The translations under genes were made by a program, and so were the position numbers. Positions 1 through 12,463 of a DNA stretch of 37,896 bases are shown in pieces. The stretch is from Neolecta irregularis DAH-3 (lineage: Eukaryota): positions 1-37,896 of the forward strand of contig LXFE01000935.1 of assembly GCA_001929475.1 (NCBI GenBank), in the 5' to 3' direction. Within the stretch, counting starts at the first letter, position 1. Each line of letters starts with the position of its first letter. The notes beneath the pieces are model-generated. The model made no database searches and had not been told where the DNA came from. It saw only the letters and a program-made list of their open reading frames with translations.

Positions 1-550
1 ATAATTATGTAAACCGATCAACGCAATTCGACAACGTTGCACATCATTTCGAACCAGGTTGAAGTGAGTTAACTGGTTGTGTTGCATTTTTTTATTAGAT
101 GAGATTAGATATTTGTATCATATAATTATGTAAAACCGATCAACGCAATTCGACAACGTTGCACATCATTTCGAACCAGGTTGAAGTGAGTTAACTTGTT
201 GTGTTGCATTTGTTTATTGATTACATATTGTACCAGATAATTATACCGATCAACGCAATTCGACGCCCAACTTTGCACATCATTTCGAACCAGGTTGAAG
301 TGAGTTAACTGGTTGTGTTGCATTTGTTTATTGGATGAGATTAGATATTTGTATCCTAGATAATTATGTAAACCGATCAACGCAATTCGACGCCCAACTT
401 TGTGCATCATTTCGAACCAGGTTGAAGTGAGTTAACTGGTTGTGTTGCATTTTTTTATTGGATGAGATTAGATATTTGTATCATATAATTATGTAAACCG
501 ATCAACGCAATTCGACAACGTTGCACATCATTTCGAACCAGGTTGAAGTG
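1..550. repeat. Tandem array of ~115-125 bp units (~4.5 copies, truncated by the window start and the N gap), derived from the MSF1 last exon plus 3' flank
   Basis: Units start ATAATTAT at ~1, 122, 237, 360 and 485 and share CGATCAACGCAATTCGAC...ATCATTTCGAACCAGGTTGAAGTGAGTTAAC. Near-identical sequence lies at 33019-33257. Confidence 0.95.
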
Positions 551-560
551 NNNNNNNNNN
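551..560. other. Assembly gap (10 N)
   Basis: Run of 10 N between the repeat array and a 5'-truncated gene. Confidence 1.
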
Positions 561-1501
561 ACATTATTATGTATGCATGGTTCTATTCACCCGAGAAACT
601 TCCTCCGTCTTACAATTCATGGATTAAAAAAATGAGTTGTATTGACCAAAGAATCATAGTCATGTTAAAGAAGCTTCATGATAAGGAGATACAATTTGGT
701 CAACCGTCATGCCACCGGTCGCTTGAAGACCTCTCTCGTGATTTGGGTCTTGATCCAAAGATGGGGAGCATTGAAGAAAATGACGCCTTGCCGTGTCAAG
801 TTCTCCACTCTAATATTTCCGGTTCTTGCGAAGTACATATTGCTTATCGGTGGCTAAAAGGATTCGAGTCCTCCATTGCGGTATCCTTGATCCTACCCTT
901 TTCTTTATCTGACACGTAGATTTATGTTCCGCTTTCCCTTATGTTTGCCCTACGGGATCCAACCACGAAAAACTTTAAGCGAGCATTGACGTCCGCCATA
1001 CGATCTTCCGCCTTTCTTGCCACTTTTATCTCAAATGTGTGGTAACGGATCCTCTTCTGTCTTTATATCAATAAAATCTTAGGTTGGGTATTTGTGCAAC
1101 ACGCTCAATAATCGGTCCCAAACTATTTCCTAATGTCAACCGAAATAGGTATGATGAAACGATTGGTAATCCACTACTAGGAAATCAGTCCACTACTGAT
1201 TATTAATAGGTCCACTGATTGGGTCCTTTTTATGTGGATGGAGCATATTAATAGAAAACCCCAAAAGAAGAGGTGAACTCGCTTTATTCGGTACTTGTTT
1301 ACATTCTACTGCCATTAACGTGAAGTCGTACCGAAAGCCTTAACGGTAGTATTGCCTAAATCATTGCAGCAACATCGTATCATCGAAACGGTCCTATTTG
1401 GATTAAGCACCGGTGTGATCATTCGATCGTTAATAGACGGTAAAGGTCGAAAAGTAAGGGGCGTTTTCGGTAAAACGTTACACTGGATAATGAATGCCTA
1501 A
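561..1501 (+). CDS. TMEM135-like integral membrane protein, 5'-partial (introns 881-919, 1042-1082, 1166-1209, 1291-1325)
   Basis: Spliced translation IMYAWFYSPEKLPPSYNSWIKKMS...LPCQVLH...RSSAFLATF...GSFLCGWSILIENPKRRGELALFVVPKAL matches recalled fungal TMEM135-family motifs. TAA at 1499-1501. Confidence 0.75.
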
Positions 1502-1568
1502 AAGACAAAAAGGTAGATTTCAACTATGCGTAAGATACTACATTCAATCTTGTTTCTTCCTATTGCAT

Positions 1569-4500
1569 TTAAGAGACGTATCGTCCATGTTCAACAATAA
1601 ATTTGACCCCCATCATCCATTTTCGACTCTCTTCAATGTGATTGGCCAAAGCTTCAACGACCATTCCATGAGCGGTGTCGTAATCTTTCTTCGCGATGGC
1701 TGTAATTGTATTAGCCTAATGACAGGTTCAAGATATACATTGTGCAATTTGTCGAAGTTCCTCCAATAGACTTGGCGAAATACCTTCCTCGTTATTGAGG
1801 TGATCGAATAAGATGTTCAATTTCTTTTCGGCCTCCACATTTGGCCTTCGGAATTGCGGCTATAGTGTCAATCTGATGAGAAATAAGTTAAGCCTACTGG
1901 AAGGACAGGCTTGATACGGTTCAGCTCTCCGTTGAATACATCAAAGATGATTTTATCGGCAATTAAAATATGGGATCGATCCCCTGGCGCTTAAAGTGAG
2001 TCACATTCAGTTTTAAGACATACGATATTTGCTTTGTAAAATGGGTGGAGTAGACACAGGACGTTGTTGCTGAGTAGTTGGGATACTCACAGGTTTCACT
2101 CCGCCAGCAATTTGAGCAGGCGGGTGCTGTGGGCTATATGGTTGGCTAGATCCTAGGCCAACTTGATGGTGAGGCATATAAGGAGAATTCGTTTGTTGCA
2201 TGGGACCAGATCCGCTGGCTTGTTGCGGAATGTATGGAGAAGGCGCTCCCTGAGGAGGGGGATGCATCATAGGACGTTGAGCTGGGATTTGGGAGGGATT
2301 GTTCATTTGAGAACTGGGCTGCTGTGGAATATATGGACCTGACGATTTCCTCGTCTCCTGACGCGTTGGTTGGTTCGGACCCAGTGGAGGAGGTTGCATA
2401 TTTCTGATAGCCGTTTCAGAGTGAGTGTTCATTTGTTGCGTAGGTGGTTGACCCATGACGTTTTGAGCCTGTAGCTGAACATTGGACATCGGGGGTGATG
2501 ACATGATTTTTTGGGGAGGTCGAGCATTGGTAGGGGGAGGTGCCAATGGTTGAGGTGGAGGTAATTGATTGAACACTCCTGGTTGGTGTCCATAGGCCTG
2601 TGGATTCACCTGTGTGTCTCTTTGATATGGATTTCTTCGACTTGCTGCAGGCATATTTGGTACATCGTTCCATCCCTCCAGCTTAGTCATTAGGGAAGCC
2701 GGTTTCGGCAAAGGATTTGTATTGGCAGTTCCTGAGATAATGGGTTGCTGCGGGGTGTGTACAGACATTTGTTGATGAGGTTGATAATTCATGAATTGCT
2801 GGCCCGTCGGAGGTGGAAGTGCTTGCTGAGATACTGTCATCTGGTTGGGAAATTGAGAAGTATACGGATTTGCGGAGTACTGACTCTGAGATGGAGCCGA
2901 GGGGCCGTATGAGTTGGCTGGATTCGTTGGCGCGTAAGGAGTAAATTGCGGAGCGTATGAACCACGAACACCAGCTGTTGGTTGATATCCCGAAAGTTGT
3001 TCAACGCCCCCTTGACCAGCCGGTCTAGAGTCGGACGCAGAAACTTGTTTCGGTATGAGGTTTTCCCCAATTCGAGTTTTCATTGCGATGGCGGCGGAGA
3101 AAGAGTCTGGAAGAAGACTGATATATTTTTGAGCAGTCGCAAAGTCTCCCTGAGATGCAAGGATATCTGCGTATTCTGCATATTTCTCATGCAAGATATG
3201 AAGATGCTTTCCCGTAGATACCGATTGCATTTTAACAGATTCACTCGAGTTTGTGAAAACGGTTACCCTTTCAATAAGACTCTGGAGGTGTCGCGCGTGT
3301 ATAGTGGTAAGCGAATCTCTATTAGCTGACGCTTCGGACCGAGCATGAGACAGATCCGCTTCCTCATTTTCGTGGACTTCCTGGATCCAAACATTGACAA
3401 CCTTGTCGAGACGAGAGCCGGCGAGGTAGCAAAGAGACGCATAGGATCTTGCACTACGATCCTCATTTGATTGTTCTACGAGCCGATCACCAAGGAAAGC
3501 ACAAAGGTCCGCGAATTCGCCATCCTTCGAGAATGTACAGATGATCGCGAGAATTTCTTTCCAGCTCCCAAGTTCGGCATTTCGAACAACATCCCATAAG
3601 TCATTATCAACAACGGCTGCGATGATTCGTGCGTAAGCTGGTCGAGTTTCTTCTTGTTTGAGATAAGCCAACTGTACCTTTCTTCGGCAACGTTCATTCC
3701 CGCAGAAAGCCAACATGAAAGCATCAGAAAGACGTTCTTCTTTCAGACAAATATCAATGGCGGACTCAAATTCTCCAGTGAGGATCGCCTGTGTGGCAAT
3801 TTTATCTATTTCGGAAATAGAACCCGGAAACACTTTGAAAGTCTCGTTTTTAAAGATTGACGAGGCACTGGTCGATGACTCGAGAAAGTCTTTACTATCT
3901 GCACTACTGAACAGACCGTCTGATTTGTCCTCCGATTTATTTCCTTCTGGTGCAGAATGTTTTTCCACTTCAAGTACTCCGAATTTTGCGGCGATAGCTC
4001 TTTCTAGAATCTCCTTTTTGAAGCCCAGAAATTCTGCGAGAGAAGATTTCAAGCTGCCTTTCGTGAATATTTTCAGCACGAGCCAAGTTTGCTTATCGTT
4101 TTCATCTTTTGCAGCATCAATTCGGTTCTGACAATAATCTTCCAGACTTCCTTGTTCAAGACTTTCCTCAAATGCACGAGCTCGACTGGAAACGTCTGGA
4201 TCGGAAACAAATTTTGTGATCTTGACAAGAAACTTGCGGGATCCATCTGGCTGAATTGTATTGCCAAAACATACCAGATTTCCACCAAACCCTTGAGAAA
4301 CACCGGTGGGTCTTCGAAGCCATTTTGGAGGTTGTTTGAGTGAGAACTCGTCAGCATGCGGATCGGAAAATTCTTTCTGCGCGAAGAAATCCTTTCCATC
4401 AGTTCCCTGACTGGTTTGACCTGCTTGGGTCTTGGGTCGAGTATTCTGAAGACTGTGTATGGTGATTGACCCATCGAATGAAGCATTGGCAAGAAGATCT

Positions 4501-5683
4501 GGATTATCTGGGCAAAAAGAGGTCTCTAAGACCCAGTTTGCTGCGCGAGGAAACTACAAGTTAGAAAGTGGTCATTAACAATAGATACTTCTCCAAGAAT
4601 ATCTCCATTGTTGGGATTCCAGCAGATTGTTCTGCTATCTTTTCCACCAGACAACAGCAAATCGCTGTCTTGCTTGCACCAAGACAATGAAAGTATACCA
4701 CCCTGATGACCGCTCAGAATCTAACATGTAAGTAGAATGTGTGTTACCATCATACTCTTTCGGGTGCATTCGCATTCCTTAGATCCCACATCATAATGAC
4801 TGGGTTTTGATCATCTTCAGATGCTGTGACGAGCTTTGTAGACTGATATTAGCGTATTTCTGCCAGAAGAATACATACATTCGTTGGATTCCAGGCAACA
4901 GCGCTGACACCTTGTCTGGCGCTGGATGCAGATGAACTACTCTGAGCATACAATGTCATTCGTTCGCGATTGAGTTTGACATCCCAAATAACAGTATGAC
5001 CACTACTCCCTCCCGTTGCGAGGATGTGAGGAACATTGGGATTCCACGCAACGGAATCGATATCGTCGAGTCTGCGAGAGCTTAGTGCGTAGGGTTTATC
5101 CGGATTGCCGAGGTCCCAAACCCAGATCTAATGTAAGCTAGATAGCATCCTGGATCATACCTCTCCTTTTCCACCTCCAGAAGCCAGTGCGTTTGGAAGA
5201 CTGGGATTGAATTGAACCGATTTAACATATGACGTATGTTTTTGATATCTAGCAACAAGGCATGATTCGGGACTAAAATAATAGGATTATGAGTCCAAAG
5301 AAAAAGACATACTCTAGTCCATTTAAGACAGCCTTTGGGCTCCACAAATCGACGGTTCCAGTTTCCATTGCACCCGCAATCAATCCTCGAGGATAATCAG
5401 CCGTTACATGCCCCCATGAAAGTTGATAAAATCAAAGGAATCAGATTCAAAGCAAAGGAAATATCTCTTACCGTGCGCTGCTGTTGATTGTAGCCTTTGG
5501 CTTTAATTGATATCCTTCTTGGCTATGATCGTCCAAATTTAACTCCCATAGGTCAAGCTCAGTCGTATTTGAGAAATCTGCATCAAAAGTGCCGGCGACA
5601 GTCCCAGTTGCAATAAGAGGTAGATCATGGCCTGGCGACCAGGCGAAAGTGGAGGTGCGATTAATGACCTTAAGACGAACCAT
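1569..5683 (-). CDS. SEC31: COPII outer-coat protein Sec31 (9 introns)
   Basis: N-terminus [17 protein letters not shown]...[10 protein letters not shown]40 repeats; [20 protein letters not shown]; helical domain; Pro/Gln-rich linker with GWNDVP; C-terminal KYPPGDRSHI...[15 protein letters not shown]. Confidence 0.97.
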
Positions 5684-6233
5684 TGTTGAACTCTATCAGT
5701 TGGCTCGGATGGTTAGTTATGGTTCAATTTAAAAGAAAGGAAAGATTATACACCAAGTTCAGCGTTCTATGTTGTCAATTTCGTGTAGGGCAATATGTGT
5801 TTATATAGAACTGCGATGTAATAGTCTGGGTGTTGTAAAGAGGCAGGAGAAGATGCCAGATAGCCAACTCCAACACAACTGGAGATGGAGACCGAATACA
5901 TTAGGTATTTTACAGTACTTTATTTGAAATATAGAAACATCTTCTTCAAATGCCTTAGAGGAATCTGGGATTTAGAGCCTACATCTATGTTTCTCATGAT
6001 GAAAAAACGCGTGGAATATTCAACTGGCATATCTCGCAAAAGAAAGTCACAAGCGGCCTATAGCATTTGGATGATACCTAAAATATCTCTGGCCGGCATT
6101 TTGCAAGAACTTGCATTCTAGTCTAAAGGAAACATACAATCTCCATACACCATGTATAGGAACAAAGAATGACTCTCCAGATTGTAACACTGTAGGTGTT
6201 GAAGCTCAAGTACAATAAGATCAGGTTATATTT

Positions 6234-6305
6234 CCTTAATCTAAGCTTGTAGACGTGTAAGCTTCACATACCTTAATCTAAGCTTGTAGACGCGTAAGCC
6301 TACAC
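6234..6305. repeat. 37-bp tandem duplication (2 copies)
   Basis: CCTTAATCTAAGCTTGTAGACG(T/C)GTAAGC at 6234 and 6271. Confidence 0.9.
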
Positions 6306-6869
6306 TAAGATATGTGCATGTAGCCTTTATATACATTTCTATCTAATGTCTTGTTTCTTTCTTCACCACTTGCTGTATTGGTACGGGTATATCCAGGAAA
6401 TAGCCGGGATATACCCTTACATACACCCAAGATGTGGTTGTAGAGTTTTATAGTGACTAGCATAACATAGCCATGATAAAATATAGGATAAAATAAACGA
6501 TTCTTAGATTCTTGGCTTCGACGGGTTAGAACGTATCCGCTCCAGCATTTCGTATAGACAACCAATATAGCCACATGACTTATAGTGGTCAGGTAAAGAT
6601 CATAGAAAAGGAACAAAAATTTTGTTCCCTTAAATGTCCTCCGCAAAATCATTTGTATCATTTCCGTGCCACAAGTTCTTTTGGGTTCTGCTAAGTCTAT
6701 ACGTTCTGAATGAATTATTTTTATCGCTGAATGGAATAAAGGTGTATTGCAATCCTTTCAAACTATGTGATATATCAAAATAAGTTCTTTGTACTACAAG
6801 TTCTGATCAAAAGATGCACTGCCTTGGACTAGAGCCCCCAATACTACTCCATATTTTCTTCAACTGAAC

Positions 6870-9180
6870 ATGACCATTGACCATACAGGCACCGAACACC
6901 AATACTTGAACGTTCATCCTTCATCACTTCAATCGAGTGGAAAAATGGGGTTTCCAGTTCAATCTAAAGTAAGAAGCTGCTATGAACTACTATTTTTGGT
7001 ACCTTGTTTGTTGAGCTTTTACATAAACTAATCTCACTTAGAACAACGAAATCGACCTGGAGAACGCGCCAGTCTTTTGGGCAGAATTTTCGAAGCTGCC
7101 ATGTGATTCGCTGAGTTTGGAAGCAATTGTATCCAAGTTAACAGTCCATCACTTGGAAGATCTGCAGGTTACGTCGTAGACATTACGAGCGTGTTCTAAT
7201 CAACCTTCAGTGCAGATCAATACAAAGTTACTCTTCAGAGAATGCTTGAAAAATCTGGCTGATAAGAATGGAGCTTACAGAGAAAAAGCTCTTGACGTAA
7301 GCGCTGTTCTCAGTATTCTTTATTGATGCGATGAGTAGACCTTGATCAGTTTTTTGAAATCATTATTGAGTAAACATTTCCTCAATCCTAGCACCGATAT
7401 TATCATGTTTCTAAGCGGGCTGGAGCACGTTGATGAGATCTTTACTGTATTTCAGGTATTTGATTGTCAGCTAACCGAAAGAACTTTGTGTCGTGTATAG
7501 AAGAAATATTGTCTGACAAAGAATCTCCTTGTATGTGAACGCCAACGAGAGCCTATATCTAACTGAAACAAGTGAGGCAAAAAGCGGTAACTTTGTCCCA
7601 CGTCTTTTGTAATGGAGCATACCAATCCAGTTTATTATCATATTTCTTCCATCGCGACTTCATCAGTCCCATCCTGCAGGTAAGCTTTGGCAGTATTATA
7701 TAATTCTCACACCTAGCTTATCTCTGAAGAAGACTCAACTCTCGAAGTTCGAATGCAAAGTCTTCTCTTGCTCGTCATCTTGGCTAGTTATAACCGATTC
7801 GAATCGGTCAACCAATACCAAATCGCCCTTTCCCAGATCGAAGATAGAAAATTGTTGAATGCATTCAGTTTCATTATCGGAGAAGCATGTCGAAGATGCC
7901 GAGTCAAGTATCTCAAAGTACAAGATGATACGATCGAGAAAACAGGTCTGAATAAAATGCTGTCGTTTCTCACGCTTCGTTCGAATTCATCATCCACACA
8001 AACCCTCACTCCCGAGAACTTGGATGAACTTTTCACACGTCTGTATTTTTTTTCAATCTGCCCCATTACTAATGGAAGACCAAGCACAGAGATCATTGTG
8101 TTACAATGTGCATTCGAGCTACTCAGTGACAACGAAGCCTTCGCGCGAAACTTACTCATGGGCAACATAACTGCAACAGATGAACCAGCGATTGCTTCCT
8201 ATCTGTCGTTGACTTCGTATCTACTCAGTCACCAGCGCCTGAATTCTCGAATTTATCTTTACAGCAGACTCTCCATGATTTGTATTCGGTTAATCCTTGA
8301 GAACACTTCGTGTGTTCCGCTACTTTGTAGTAAAGACACCACCATCACAGCCCATCTGTGTAGACAGCGACCGTCGTCATTATCATCCTCGCCAGCCCCA
8401 CGGTTGGCTCTCTCCATAATCATTGATATAATGATTTTGGGCATCGATTGCAATATACGAAAGCGCTTGGACGTTGAGATATATCAGTGAGGCCATTTGC
8501 ACTTTCAAATATTGATTGCAGTCTCTTTATCTTGAACATTTACAGGATAATCTGTCACTTGAAAGCAACAAAGTTTCGTATTAGTATGGGCGTATCTAAG
8601 AGTTATCTTTTTTAACAATAAGCTTTCCATTGGAATGAACTATGGCGATCACTACTCACTCTCGTCAAATTTCTCGCAATAAATTCTGAAGAATTGAAAA
8701 TACTACAAAATGTTTCTTATATGGTGGACGAATTGATAAAACTGCTGCTGTTATGTCTGGCTTCTGGGGATACATTTCTCGCAGAGTCTGCTCAACATGA
8801 CGATTTGTTTTACAAGATCCTCCAGATGAAAGACTACATTGTTATATTTCTCATAGAATGTATACGCTTTTTCATCGTCGAGCGATTTCTGACAAGTAGA
8901 TGACATTATCAAACGGGTTCCTTCGGCGACGGCGTTGACTACAGTTATTACGCACTATGAAAAGATAATCGTTGAGTCTCGAGCTGAATCAAAATCTCGT
9001 CATCTTTCATATGAACAAGTGGCGCAAGTCATCAAGAAAGGTTATAATTCACTGGAATTGTCACATCACCTTGCAAGCGGGATGTGGGAGAAATATCGGC
9101 CCTTGGATGACCAGTCATTTTTAAAGAAAGTTGTACGCCAAATCATTTCCGAATCATTGGATTTAATGAATATCGATTAA
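6870..9180 (+). CDS. ARMH3/C10orf76 (UPF0668, DUF1741)-like armadillo-type protein (~9 introns)
   Basis: Spliced frame: SKVRSCYELLF/...FWAEFSKLP...LLLVILASYNRFESVNQY...LCRQRP...FHWNELWRSL...GDTFL...HDDLFYKI...LSYEQVAQVIKKGYNSLEL. Start could be 6870 or 6945. Confidence 0.85.
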
Positions 9181-9499
9181 ACCACTTTAGCAACAAGAGT
9201 CTAGCTGGCGGAGAGCTTCACATGGGTTATATTTCTGTAATCCAAGAAATTCTGGTGTCGGCAATGCTTAATCAAAGGAAAGCCTTTTTATAACTCAAAC
9301 ATCCCATCTTTTAGAACTCATATACAGGATTGTCTTCAATTTCTAAAAAGTTTAAGGCAGCATAACATTTACGTCTTAATATCCTCTTGTGTCTCTACTG
9401 CCGCTTGCGATGGTACTAGGGGCCGTAGGTAGGACTTGCCTGAGCCCCTAACAGGCAGAAGCTTTCTATATTGTAAGTAAAATCATTCAACAGCTGACT

Positions 9500-9970
9500 T
9501 TACCATATATTTCGAGTTGCAAGAAAGACAGTTATGCACTTGTTCGCCAAAGCTCCATTGAAATTGTTCGCCATAGCTCCATTGAAAGGAAAAATTTGAA
9601 TACCACACAGAAAATACTTTTGAGACTGGTGGGCGAAGTCAATCAGGTCACCATAAATGTCCAGGGCAAATGAATATGTCGAGTCCTTATTTGTACCAAT
9701 TTTGAGTCCATATGTGTCCCATATTGCTGCATGACCATCGAAATGGGCACCGCCGAAACTTATGCGCAAGTTATTGCTGTAGTCAAGGAAGAAATTTGAA
9801 CATATCTTGTGCTTGTCTCCCGCTACTGTATAAAGGGTTCCAATCGATACGGATAGACATTGCGTTGCACTGGATTCATCGCCTACTTTCTGGGTTGGGT
9901 ACAGATGAAAGTAGTCATATTTGGTGGATATAGTGAATGGGAAGCCAAAAAGAAGAACAAGAATCTTCAT
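9500..9970 (-). CDS. Small putatively secreted protein (156 aa, 4 Cys), function unknown
   Basis: Intronless ORF with hydrophobic N-terminus MKILVLLFGFPFTIST and beta-rich composition, ending in an F-L-C...C-x-x-V-x-L pattern. Confidence 0.65.
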   Translation of the reverse strand: MKILVLLFGFPFTISTKYDYFHLYPTQKVGDESSATQCLSVSIGTLYTVAGDKHKICSNFFLDYSNNLRISFGGAHFDGHAAIWDTYGLKIGTNKDSTYSFALDIYGDLIDFAHQSQKYFLCGIQIFPFNGAMANNFNGALANKCITVFLATRNIW

Positions 9971-11327
9971 GGTGAATGTGAATTTGAGATGTTTGAGGGG
10001 GGATGATATACTTCAAGAGCCGGGTGCCAAGAGCTACTGGCTTAGTTGAATATATAATTGCTGCCTAGTCATTGCAAAGCGAAAAAGCGTGGTAGAAGAG
10101 CATAGATAACATCTTTACTATTGTCTCAGGATAAGGGTTGAGGGTGCATCGTTTCTTGTTTTGTCTAAATGATCCTTGTTTGAAAAGGCTACTTCTACAA
10201 GTTCAATTGATTAGCGTGCTAGTTTGTAGGAAGATCGTATTGGAGTGTCATACGAAAAAGTTATATGTAGTATCACAGCGGTTATCTGGTGGGTTTTCTA
10301 TTATTATACGGTTCCTTGGTTTTCTACAATGACATGGTTCATTCTTGTAGATCGATAAGTAGCCCTGTATCTACCCTTTTGTAGAACTGGTGGATAATGC
10401 TCTGTTCATCCATCTAAGAATCAAAGAGTAGTTTTGCTCGGCTTCCTACTTTCCTCTACGAAATAAAATGTTGTGCTCAGTGTCGACGGGGGGTTCGGTT
10501 TCGGGGTCGGGGCGGAGAGTGGCGGAGCGGTCGGTCCAGATTCACTGGACGGCTTGATGGACTGGAGTAAGGATGTAGTCATGTTGTGTTGTGGCCAAGG
10601 GATATTTGTAACCAAGATTTACCAAAATTGCAAGGAAGGAGTCAACACGATTGCAATAAGTGACGAAAAGGCGTAATTTCGAGGCAGAGAAAGACGGGTT
10701 TCGAGAGAGCATTTAAATATTTTTTTTTGGAATATCGCTCCTATTACATATAAAAGAACATTTAGCCCTTGTTCACGTGAAGAAGTCAAAGTAGAAATAT
10801 TTTCAGAGTTTATTGATTTTCTGGTGACTGAGCCCATTGTAGTAGTTGGAGTTTGGGAAAATAATTGGGCATTGGGTCATCAGCCATTTCCCGCAAGGAA
10901 ATAGTTGCGTGATAGTTCTCCTCAGGATGTGTGGTTCAATCTTAAGCGAGTAGAGACAGGGTCCTGCTTGGTTTGTCCCCTCAATCCTATTTTGAATGTT
11001 AATTTGGAGAGCTTTCATAAGGATAGATTTAGCAACTGCAGTGGCAGAAACAGGCAAGTTAAATCCGAATGTTACAAATAGGCCAATTTCATGAAATTCG
11101 GGCTAAAAAGTGACTACAAAATGTGTCCTTACAAATTTGAATTTCCTACAGTGGATATGCAATTTTCCTATTGCGTGAAGATAGTTCTACTTGATACAAT
11201 GCACCCATTTCAGAATGGAGAATGGGAAGATTAAAGATAGGTTTAAGTTTCGCTATTATCTATACCAGTATTGAGAACTCCCGTGCCAAGTCAAAATCCA
11301 TAACCGAAATGATGTGTATGTAAAGAC

Positions 11328-11960
11328 TTAGGTGTCGATGGAAAAACTTTCCCCGCAACCACATTGTGCTTTCACATGCGGGTTATTGAACACAAATCTC
11401 GCCGACAAGCGGTCTTCTACAAAGTCCATTTCGCTTCCGATAATAGAGAACAACGCCTTTGAGTCGATGAGAACTCTTACGCCTGTTGAGATTAGCCATT
11501 GGAGATTTGATGGAGTTTATGCCATCTTGGACGAGTTCTTCGTCAAACTTCCCGGGATTATCGACGTACTCAAGATGGTATGCCATGCCGGCACAACCCT
11601 TGCTCTTCACGCCGACCCGTATCAATTTTGGTGAGGGTGAATTGTAGAGATCCTTCAGTCTTGCCACAGCAGCAGAAGTCTACGCATAAGCTGACTGTAA
11701 ATGCGCCAGATGAAACAAACCAGGGTCATGGCGGCCTTTCTGGGCGTGAGAGACGGCCTCTTGGGTCTTTGTGGAGCAGCGGTAGAGGATTCATGCGAGA
11801 TGGGCGTGGATATGGAGGATTCCGGAGCGGGCGGTGTTCTTGGAGGAGCGGGACAGACAGGCAAGGTGGAACGCGGCGATTCTGAAAGGGAAGCTGAAAG
11901 AGACGCAAGCGCGCGAAAGGGAGGACGGTGCCTGGAGGAGGCAAGCAGACAGGCGAGCAT
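11328..11960 (-). CDS. ISA1: Mitochondrial Fe-S cluster assembly protein Isa1 (HesB/IscA family), 2 introns
   Basis: RVGVKSKGCAGMAYHLEY, DSKALFSIIGSEMDF and NNPHVKAQCGCGESF motifs; Arg/Ser-rich presequence. Intron 11483-11522 is GC-AG. Confidence 0.95.
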
Positions 11961-12075
11961 GTGAGTGGGAGGGTTTGTCCCCTCCACCTCCATCTGTCTT
12001 CCATTCTCATCCATCCACTCTCAATACTGTTACATCCATCCTGCATCGTACCACGGCATCCCACTAACATCCACA

Positions 12076-12402
12076 ATGTCCCTCACCGTCTTGGCTCAGC
12101 TCCCCCTAGCAAAATCGCCACTCATGCGCTTCCCGCAACCAGTATCGTTGCCGCACGATTACCGGCCTGTTCCTGCGGCCCGCGGTTATGTTCCCGCCCT
12201 TGACTTTACTGCCGTCACCACCCTACGCACACGCGCAAGTGTCCTGGTCCAACGCGTGCGCTCGCGGGAGACTCAGGCGAGCGAGGCATTGGTGCAGTGG
12301 AGAGCTGCAGCGCGTGAGCGAGACCTTGCAGAAGCCCGGAGAATCGCACCGGGTTATCTTGACTCGACCCAGCGGCTGTTGACTCCCTCGCGCTCAAATT
12401 GA
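12076..12402 (+). CDS. Hypothetical protein (108 aa), probably a conserved fungal family
   Basis: ATG in a CACAATG context after a pyrimidine-rich leader. The C-terminal helix ending RRIAPGYLDS...LLTP resembles a motif I recall from uncharacterised fungal proteins. Confidence 0.65.
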   Translation: MSLTVLAQLPLAKSPLMRFPQPVSLPHDYRPVPAARGYVPALDFTAVTTLRTRASVLVQRVRSRETQASEALVQWRAAARERDLAEARRIAPGYLDSTQRLLTPSRSN

Positions 12403-12463
12403 GAGTAAATGCCAATGTTTCAGTATTGTACATGAATGTAATCCCGTCCCCCGCAGCCGCAGC

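Noticed and set aside
1-550. CRISPR-like array, or the 94-aa ORF at 126-410
   Set aside because: Units are contiguous with no unique spacers, the context is eukaryotic and no cas genes are present. The ORF is an off-frame translation of the MSF1-derived repeat.
521-560. ORF start MHIISNQVEV joined to the TMEM135-like frame
   Set aside because: It crosses the N gap and its N-terminus is repeat sequence, so it is not evidence of a fusion gene.
4073-4492. Apparent frameshift or separate ORF within SEC31
   Set aside because: The true Sec31 frame (LANASFDG...[10 protein letters not shown]) is continuous with the 688-aa ORF. The ORF caller simply started at a later start codon.
6305-6661. 118-aa minus-strand ORF
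   Set aside because: No family motif, atypical composition, and it overlaps palindromic sequence; not supportable as a gene.
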